24,666 nucleotides of DNA from Promethearchaeota archaeon. Its GTDB lineage: Archaea > Asgardarchaeota > Lokiarchaeia > Sigyniarchaeales > SOKP01. The stretch spans positions 1 to 24,666 of the forward strand of contig JBHLME010000063.1 in assembly GCA_048938445.1 (NCBI GenBank), given 5' to 3'. This document shows positions 17,962 to 24,666 of this stretch, piece after piece (the stretch's first letter is position 1; each line of letters opens with the position of its first letter). A model generated the notes under the pieces. That model ran no database searches. It was not told the origin of the DNA and worked only from the letters and a program-made list of their open reading frames with translations. The position numbers and the translations under genes were made by a program.

Positions 17962-17988
17962 TTTTATATAATTATCAACTAAAGTTGA
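17962..17988. promoter_or_regulatory. TATA-like box next to an inverted repeat (putative operator)
   Basis: TTTTATATA (17962-17970) followed by TCAACT-AA-AGTTGA (17975-17988) in a divergent intergenic region. Confidence 0.3.
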
Positions 17989-18110
17989 CTCTTTCATTAG
18001 ATATTTATAGGTTTTTCTCTTATTAAATTTTTATATATAAAATTCTAATTTTAATTGAATTTAGGATGATTAAAAACAAAAATATATATTAAAGAATAAA
18101 GATTTATTTT

Positions 18111-20447
18111 TTGAATTTAATGATGATAACTACTCGAGAAGCAATTAATTATCAATTCTCATTAATTTTTGGATATTCTTCTTCTAAAGAAGACGATTTG
18201 GTGGTAGGAGATGTAATTGGTCCTGGGAATTTGATGAAGGAAAAGGTGAAAGAATTATCACATGAAGTTATAAAGTTTTTAAGAATGTATAATGCAATTT
18301 TAAGAGATTATACTGGATCGGAATTATATTCAATCGAATTTTCTCTTTTTAATAAAGAAGAACTCCAAAAAGAGGGTGTTACATCAATTAGAATATATCC
18401 AAAATCAATGATATTATTGCCTGGTAAATATAAAGATTGTGAAAGTTCTTTACTCGCTTTAAAACCTGAACCAGATGTATTAAATCCTCATAAATCAAGA
18501 GAAGCGATGAACGATATCAGTGAATTATTTTATGAAGTTGAAGAATTTTCAGAAAGACCCGAAATTAATTCTAAAACCAAGGAATTACTCCTACAAAAAT
18601 TTTCGACAAGATTTAGTAATAAGCTTTTTGGTGATTTGTTAGAACATAAGTGGAATAAGGAGATGGTTGGTTTGAGTCTATCCTTGCCGACAGGGAAGGA
18701 AATGATTGATGTTTATGCTAAAGTTAAATCTGAGATGCAAATGTCATGGTATAAAAGACCTCATGAATTAGACTTTATCAATCCACAATATGAATCTCAT
18801 GAAAGGATTTATGAAGGTAAAAATGCAATTGAACATTTAAAATATGCAATAACCGAACCTAGCTCTAATTTCATTGTTGGCTATACGCTAAAACTTGGAA
18901 CTGATCTTTTTGAATTATGTAATACTGGTACCATCGATGAGATACAGGATGAATTCATTTCTTTTTTGATTAATAGTATTAATGATGAGTTTAAAAAAAT
19001 TAATGATAATTATGACATTAACCAGTTAATCAACAAATTTAAACAATTATTAAGTAAAATAAACCAATTTACAAATAGGTTTTTAGATCATTCAAATAGC
19101 TTCATAATTTCGGGTAAAAAAGGAGATTTAAAAGAATTATTAGAAATGTACAAAATACATGTTATTGAAAAGGGGAAAGTTGGAAATGACAATTATGATC
19201 TTCTTCTCGATTTAACGATAAACTTAATAAATCAATCAATATCTGAAAAAGATGGTCTGAGAGCTTCAGAATTAGGTTCATTATTTAATAGTTTAAGAGA
19301 ATTATTTAAAAATAGTTATGATATTATTATAACATCATTACCGAGATATTTATTATATAGAATTATAAAAAATTTTACTAATTATTTCATGATGGTTTTA
19401 AGTGAAGATTTAAAAAAAGAAGAAGATCAATTAAGGATTTTAGGAAGCAATTTTATTGGAAAATTAAAAGATTTTATTTTAAATCAAATTGAAATGTATC
19501 CTATTACTGTTTCAGGAGATTTGAAAATAAATCAGACAGAAGTAATAAAAGATTTTAAGAATTTCCTTCGCTTAAACTTTGATTCCTTTTTTAAAACAGT
19601 AAAAATTAAAGTAGGAGATATATTCCTACTTGCTGAAGAAACTACTCAGCTGAATTCAGAAGCAATTAAAAAGAAAATTGAATTATTTAAAAAATTACCC
19701 GGAGAGCTTAATTATTTTATAAATTATATAATGAAATATACAACGATAAATCGTTTTCTAAAAGAAAATCCTATAAGTGAAATTTCTGATCCTGTTACTT
19801 TTTCAAATAAATTTTTCAGGTTTTTAGAAAAAAGAATTGGAGGAGTAAATTTAAATTGGAAATCATATCTATTAAGTTGGATTAATGATTATGCTAAACA
19901 ATATTTTAAAGAATTAGATAAAAAACCAATGACATTAGATGAAATATACAATGATTTTTTAAAATATTTCACACTTAGAGAAATTGAAGAGCAAAATCCA
20001 GAGAATTTTGTAAAAATAGTGCATAGTTTAAATGAAAAATTATCAGTTGAACAAGAGAATAGTGAAATTTTTGAATTTTTAAAGCAATATGAAAATTATA
20101 TTGATGTAATAAATAGTTTTCCAAATCATTTTAAAGAGATAATTAATGATAAAATTCAGACATTAAACCTTAGCAATGAGGAAACCCATCCAAATAATTT
20201 TTTGAAAATTGATAATGATTTAACATTTTATCAATTTATTAAAGAGAAAGAATTAAAATATTTCTCTAACTTGATTCCTAGACCATCATCTCTTATATTA
20301 AAACATACTTTATCTGATGAAGAAAAGCTTTTATTTCGTAAACCACTTTATCATGTGATTAATTTTACATATTGGCATGGTCATTCAAGTTTTTACCTTG
20401 CTGATAATTTCAAAACAACATTTAGGGAGTGGGAGAAACAATTATGA
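18111..20447 (+). CDS. Large hypothetical protein, mostly alpha-helical
   Basis: 778-aa ORF (likely start ATG 18120 or 18123); alpha/beta N-terminus, long amphipathic helices, no TM, no NTP motif. Confidence 0.85.
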   Translation: MNLMMITTREAINYQFSLIFGYSSSKEDDLVVGDVIGPGNLMKEKVKELSHEVIKFLRMYNAILRDYTGSELYSIEFSLFNKEELQKEGVTSIRIYPKSMILLPGKYKDCESSLLALKPEPDVLNPHKSREAMNDISELFYEVEEFSERPEINSKTKELLLQKFSTRFSNKLFGDLLEHKWNKEMVGLSLSLPTGKEMIDVYAKVKSEMQMSWYKRPHELDFINPQYESHERIYEGKNAIEHLKYAITEPSSNFIVGYTLKLGTDLFELCNTGTIDEIQDEFISFLINSINDEFKKINDNYDINQLINKFKQLLSKINQFTNRFLDHSNSFIISGKKGDLKELLEMYKIHVIEKGKVGNDNYDLLLDLTINLINQSISEKDGLRASELGSLFNSLRELFKNSYDIIITSLPRYLLYRIIKNFTNYFMMVLSEDLKKEEDQLRILGSNFIGKLKDFILNQIEMYPITVSGDLKINQTEVIKDFKNFLRLNFDSFFKTVKIKVGDIFLLAEETTQLNSEAIKKKIELFKKLPGELNYFINYIMKYTTINRFLKENPISEISDPVTFSNKFFRFLEKRIGGVNLNWKSYLLSWINDYAKQYFKELDKKPMTLDEIYNDFLKYFTLREIEEQNPENFVKIVHSLNEKLSVEQENSEIFEFLKQYENYIDVINSFPNHFKEIINDKIQTLNLSNEETHPNNFLKIDNDLTFYQFIKEKELKYFSNLIPRPSSLILKHTLSDEEKLLFRKPLYHVINFTYWHGHSSFYLADNFKTTFREWEKQL

Positions 20448-22717
20448 TTTCAGGCGTAAAGCGAAAGACAACTGCCGTAGAAAGTGCTCTTAGATACTTT
20501 CAAACTGTTGATTTAATCATATCACACTTTAAAAGAGAAGCAGATAGAGAAAAAATATTTGAATTGCTTAATAATCGGTCTACACTTAAGGATTTTTTAA
20601 TTGCTACAGCAGCAATCCACTGTTATCACAATTTAGGTATTAGAGTTCACCATACTTTAGAAAAAGATATAGATACTGCGGAATCAACGAAAAATTTAGA
20701 ATTACATGAAAAAAAAATCCTTTTTGATGAAATTTCCTTGTTATTGGAAAACTCGATAGAATTAGAAATAGATCTACTTTATCGGATATTAGAGAGAGAA
20801 AATAAATTTTTATCCTTTTTAATTGAAGAGCGAGATTTCAAGAGACATAAAGAACGTGATATTAATGATCTTGAGGAGCAAATTGAAAATGAATTATTAG
20901 AAATAATTAGAAAACAATACCCTCCCTTTTTTTTCTATGATATGGTAAGTGATATAATAGGTTTGACAAATCATGTTAAAGAAGAAATATTAAACGAATC
21001 TTCTAAATTAAAAGATCTGTCATTAGAACTAGAAAAGAAACTAAGATCTGAAGAAAAGGAAGATAAATTTATTGAAATCTCTACTTTAAATCGAGCGGTT
21101 GAACGAATGAAAGAGGATTTTGAATTTAAGTCTTATAAAGAACTCCAAGTTAATGAGATGCCATTAAGAAAAATTAAAAAACGTATATTTGGACATTACT
21201 TTAACTTTTTTCCTATTTCTATTCCGGCTCTTAAAGTCTTTTTAGAAGCGAATGAATTTAAAAAGGAAATCATTAATAAATTCGAAGTATCTTTAAATTC
21301 GCAAGTAAATTTCGATGAATTTGAAAAAGACATTTTAAATTTTATTAAAGAGATCCTTTTTAGAAAGCTTAAAACTCATCCAAATGATTTTATTTATTTC
21401 CTACAAAGTTTAAATGAAAATAGTTTCAATGAAATAATTTATATCTTAAATAAGTATGGGGTCAATGACGTCATTCAAATCATGGATATAAGTGAGGAGA
21501 AATTAGATAATCTTAAAAAAATAATGAGCATGTATAATATTAAGAAATTCGACATAATGGCATTCAATGATCCAACTAAAGATCTGATTTTTTTAAGTAG
21601 AAAGGCTAAAATTGAACAAAAACCATCTAATATATCCGAAGAAGATTTAAAAACATTCATCAAAAAAAAAGAAATCGTTGAAAAAGTTATCTTAAATGAT
21701 TTGAACTTAAGAAGTCATGCTCATATTCTTCTTTTGATAAATTTTAATGATATTTTAGAAAGATTATTGCGTGAATTTTTTTATTACTTATTTTCAAAGA
21801 TTTTTAGACCACTTGCAAGAATTATTGAATTATATTATAAGGTTTCTAATAATAAAGCATTATTTTTATTAGCACTTAAAAAAATGAATGAAACAACGGA
21901 GTCTGAAAAATGGGTTTTTATTAAAATAGAAGAGTTGCTCATACAACGAATTATAAAAATGCAAGAGGATTTAGTGATAATTTTAAACTCAACTAACAAA
22001 CCGTTTCTAATTAATGGCTTTATACTAGCACGATTGTTAGATTCTGGATTAAAAGAAAATGTTTCTAAATTAAAAAATGAACCAAGTCCTCTTTATGAAG
22101 AGATATTGCCTTTATCATTAGATCCAGGAATAATATCACCAATTTCATATTGTATTGCTTATGATTTAATAAAAAGATTTGAAACATATGAATTTTCACG
22201 TAAACAAGAAAGAAAGAAAACTATCGAGTCGAAAGAAAAGGAAAAAGAAGAAAAAGTTAGTGATTTACGCAAAAAACAAAAAGATAGCACATTGAATTGG
22301 ATTGAGCGTAGAATTACATCGACACTAATAGGGATTAATAAACCCAATTTTAATCCTACGGGTTTATATTGGCAGGAAAAAGACTTAAAAACTGCAATTG
22401 ATAATATAAAACTTCATAGCGAATTAGAGGGCGATATTACAGAACGTTTTAGTGAATTTTTTCAATTTGCAATGGCAAAAATTAAATCTTTTGCTCCGGA
22501 TATGAAATTGCCAGACGATAAAAACATAAAGAATACCGTAAATAATATTATAAAGAACACATTAGAATTTAGGTTAGAAAGAAGTCCAACACCAGAAGAT
22601 ATCAAAATTATGATTGAAGGTGAACGTTTTAAAATTGCTGAAGAAATTGCAAAGAATATTGGAAAGATATTTGACAAAACCTTATATATGAAATTTAAAA
22701 GCTCCCGCAAGAAATAA
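20444..22717 (+). CDS. Large hypothetical helical/coiled-coil protein, translationally coupled to the upstream gene
   Basis: ATGA start/stop overlap at 20444-20447 with GGGAG upstream (the ORF track uses GTG 20429); charged coiled segment RKQERKKTIESKEKEKEEK. Confidence 0.85.
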   Translation: MISGVKRKTTAVESALRYFQTVDLIISHFKREADREKIFELLNNRSTLKDFLIATAAIHCYHNLGIRVHHTLEKDIDTAESTKNLELHEKKILFDEISLLLENSIELEIDLLYRILERENKFLSFLIEERDFKRHKERDINDLEEQIENELLEIIRKQYPPFFFYDMVSDIIGLTNHVKEEILNESSKLKDLSLELEKKLRSEEKEDKFIEISTLNRAVERMKEDFEFKSYKELQVNEMPLRKIKKRIFGHYFNFFPISIPALKVFLEANEFKKEIINKFEVSLNSQVNFDEFEKDILNFIKEILFRKLKTHPNDFIYFLQSLNENSFNEIIYILNKYGVNDVIQIMDISEEKLDNLKKIMSMYNIKKFDIMAFNDPTKDLIFLSRKAKIEQKPSNISEEDLKTFIKKKEIVEKVILNDLNLRSHAHILLLINFNDILERLLREFFYYLFSKIFRPLARIIELYYKVSNNKALFLLALKKMNETTESEKWVFIKIEELLIQRIIKMQEDLVIILNSTNKPFLINGFILARLLDSGLKENVSKLKNEPSPLYEEILPLSLDPGIISPISYCIAYDLIKRFETYEFSRKQERKKTIESKEKEKEEKVSDLRKKQKDSTLNWIERRITSTLIGINKPNFNPTGLYWQEKDLKTAIDNIKLHSELEGDITERFSEFFQFAMAKIKSFAPDMKLPDDKNIKNTVNNIIKNTLEFRLERSPTPEDIKIMIEGERFKIAEEIAKNIGKIFDKTLYMKFKSSRKK

Positions 22718-22799
22718 ATTCTTTATTGAGAAAATTAACAAAAATATTAAAATTATTAAAGATTTAGAAATAAAACAAATTGTTAAAAAATTTTAATAT

Positions 22800-23078
22800 T
22801 TGGAAATCATGGTATCAATTCTCACTTGGATCAAAAATCAAATAACTTACTTTATCAAATCAATTCCAGATATAATTAAAGGGCTCATATTATTTATTTT
22901 AATCGTATCAGGACTATCATTCGCAATTCTACTTAGATTATTAGATCAAGGTGGTATTGTAATCTCTATAGTTGGAATTTTTATAGAAATTTTTGCTATA
23001 ATTTTAATCTATTTTCTATTTCGTAAATATTTAAAGTCTGAAGAGAAAAGCGAATCATCGGAATTAAGGAAAAAATAA
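22800..23078 (+). CDS. Small 2-TM membrane protein
   Basis: Amphipathic N-terminus, two hydrophobic helices, charged C-tail; likely start ATG 22809. Confidence 0.7.
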   Translation: MEIMVSILTWIKNQITYFIKSIPDIIKGLILFILIVSGLSFAILLRLLDQGGIVISIVGIFIEIFAIILIYFLFRKYLKSEEKSESSELRKK

Positions 23079-23091
23079 TTATTATTAGATA

Positions 23092-23823
23092 TTAGAGATA
23101 TTTTTCCCAAACACGAGATTTAATTCCTTGAGAGATAAGGTATTCTTTAACATCTGTCAATAAAATATGTGGATCATATTCCCAAGCTTCTATTTTATTG
23201 AAGGATAAGCATTTTAGTTCAGTAACTTTCAACAATTTTTTTAATAGTAACCCATATGATGCAACTTGTGGGATTGAAATCATAAAATTTCCTTCAGGTT
23301 TATAATCAATAACCTTGATTACATTTTCATCAGCATCAATTTGAATTAGGTCAATATGTCCGGTGATAAATCTACCATTAATATTACTCCAAATAGGAAC
23401 TTCAATAGCAATTGAATCTTTATCTTTTATTAATATATTTTTTAAAATTGGCTCATGACCGGGAATTTTATTTATTTTATTTTCTTTATAGTTTTCAAAA
23501 ACACCCTGAGCATATTTAGATAACTTGTAATTGTTTCCATACTTCTTGATTATTCCTTGACGAATAAGTTGCTTACCAAAACTTACTATAAATCCGTTCT
23601 TAAGACCTTTAATTTTGAAATTAGATATTCTTTGAATATTTCTTGAATTAAAAATATCATTTGGAACTAAGGATGTTTGATATACTTTCTTAAAATAACT
23701 CCCTAACTTCCTAAATTCTTCTCTATTTGTTCTTGAAACTGCTAATTTTTCTTTATGATGTTGTAAATTCCAATTAAAACTATATTTTATGCTCTGATGA
23801 TAAAAATCACGTTTTTTTATCAA
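23092..23823 (-). CDS. PD-(D/E)XK nuclease, RecB/AddB-like family
   Basis: H..I..AIEVPIW, ITGHIDL, VIDYKP and QVASYG (QxxxY) motifs; no Fe-S cysteines. Confidence 0.85.
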   Translation of the reverse strand: MIKKRDFYHQSIKYSFNWNLQHHKEKLAVSRTNREEFRKLGSYFKKVYQTSLVPNDIFNSRNIQRISNFKIKGLKNGFIVSFGKQLIRQGIIKKYGNNYKLSKYAQGVFENYKENKINKIPGHEPILKNILIKDKDSIAIEVPIWSNINGRFITGHIDLIQIDADENVIKVIDYKPEGNFMISIPQVASYGLLLKKLLKVTELKCLSFNKIEAWEYDPHILLTDVKEYLISQGIKSRVWEKYL

Positions 23824-24342
23824 AAATGAATCTCCGTATATCTAAATTTTTTTGATTCGAAGCGGTATTTAACTTTATTAAGATTATAGATTTTATAAAT
23901 TCAATATATTAATGAATTACTAATTATGAAAGATAAAATGGACTTGACAGGGTAAACCCGGACATAGTGTATATTGCGACCCCCTATACAAATATTAAAA
24001 TTTATCAATCGATATTATTGGATTATTAATAAAGGGAAACAAAATAAAAATTGAATTAGAAATAAATCATTAACTAATTCCTCTTTACTTTTATATTAAG
24101 TGTGTCAAATAAGGGATTTAAAAAGATTAAAAATCCAATTTGATTTTTGGTCCAAGTTGAAAATGATACTGTTATTCTAATATTAATTTTTAAATCTCCT
24201 AATTTTAATTTCTTATTGAGAGGAGGTTGAAACACTATCTTAAGTGTCCATTCATTATCATTCCAAGCTTTTGGAAGATTGAAAAAATTAACTATTATAT
24301 CAAGAGCTTACTCCTTATATAAAAAAAAATTAATGAAATATT

Positions 24343-24666
24343 TTATTTTCGTAGTTTTTTACTCCTAACTATTCCTATTGATGTGATGATAATTACAGAA
24401 ATCCCAGCTAAACTTACTGTAGTGATGATTATAATCAAAGCAAGGTCGTTTCCGTCTCCGCCACCTTCGTCAACTTCTTCTGGTGAACTTAGGTCGAACT
24501 TTACCAAGCATACATCATCATTTCCCGCTCCGAAACTTCCTGTAACTCCAGCTATATAAGCGTTTCCTGACGAGTCCAAGGAGATTCCACACCCCCTATC
24601 AGATTCGCTTCCGCCCCACATATAGTTCCACTCAACTCCACCAATCGAGTTGAACTTCACCAAGCA
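24343..24666 (-). CDS. 3' end of an SBBP-repeat (beta-propeller) surface protein with C-terminal TM anchor; 5' part lies outside the window
   Basis: WGGSESDRGCGISLDSSGNAYIAGVTGSFGAGNDDVCLVKF repeat, acidic/Gly linker, TM helix, basic tail; the frame is open to the window edge. Confidence 0.88.
   Translation of the reverse strand, partial: CLVKFNSIGGVEWNYMWGGSESDRGCGISLDSSGNAYIAGVTGSFGAGNDDVCLVKFDLSSPEEVDEGGGDGNDLALIIIITTVSLAGISVIIITSIGIVRSKKLRK
24496..24666 (-). repeat. Intragenic propeller-blade repeat, 156-nt period
   Basis: GAACTTTACCAAGCA (24496-24510) and GAACTTCACCAAGCA (24652-24666), both encoding CLVKF. Confidence 0.7.

Noticed and set aside
3771-22710. Short antisense ORFs in the track (3771-3959, 4908-5219, 8170-8394, 9281-9559, 10185-10385, 13844-14029, 21475-21663, 22159-22347, 22462-22710)
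   Set aside because: All lie fully inside longer, better-supported genes on the opposite strand and show no motifs; they are shadow ORFs
23092-23823. Cas4 / CRISPR-associated gene
   Set aside because: Lacks the four Fe-S cysteines; no repeat-spacer array or other cas genes are in the window
23944-23975. Bacterial sigma70 promoter (TTGACA)
   Set aside because: Candidate -10 hexamers are at 15- or 20-nt spacing, the context is archaeal, and no downstream + strand gene exists
24221-24322. Small + strand ORF after AGGAGG
   Set aside because: TTG abuts the SD-like sequence with no spacer, and the roughly 31-aa product has no features

Overview
AT-rich (roughly 25% GC by eye) archaeal DNA. The gene set (Rab-like and MglA-like small GTPases, a divergent TFB paralog, zinc-ribbon proteins, an SBBP surface protein) points to an Asgard archaeon, probably Lokiarchaeia; this assignment is an inference. 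The centre of the window (about 5.9-17.6 kb, mostly minus strand) is a type IV pilus/Tad-like locus: A24 prepilin peptidase, class III-signal pilin, TadB/C (FlaJ-like) platform protein, a second pilin-like protein and a Cys-rich VirB11/TadA assembly ATPase. No archaellum genes are visible. Inside this locus sits a 905-aa protein joining about 7 TM helices, a HerA/VirB4-type ATPase and a C-terminal zinc ribbon, along with several small membrane proteins. This is the best candidate for an undescribed system: a pilus coupled to a membrane-anchored translocase, possibly for DNA uptake or exchange, analogous to Ups pili plus Ced in Sulfolobales. To the left are regulators (MglA, wHTH, TFB, Rab) and a surface glycoprotein. 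To the right are two large coupled hypothetical proteins, a PD-(D/E)XK nuclease and the GC-richer 3' end of a beta-propeller surface protein. No rRNA, tRNA, CRISPR array or intact transposase was seen. All calls rest on motifs read by eye, without database searches.
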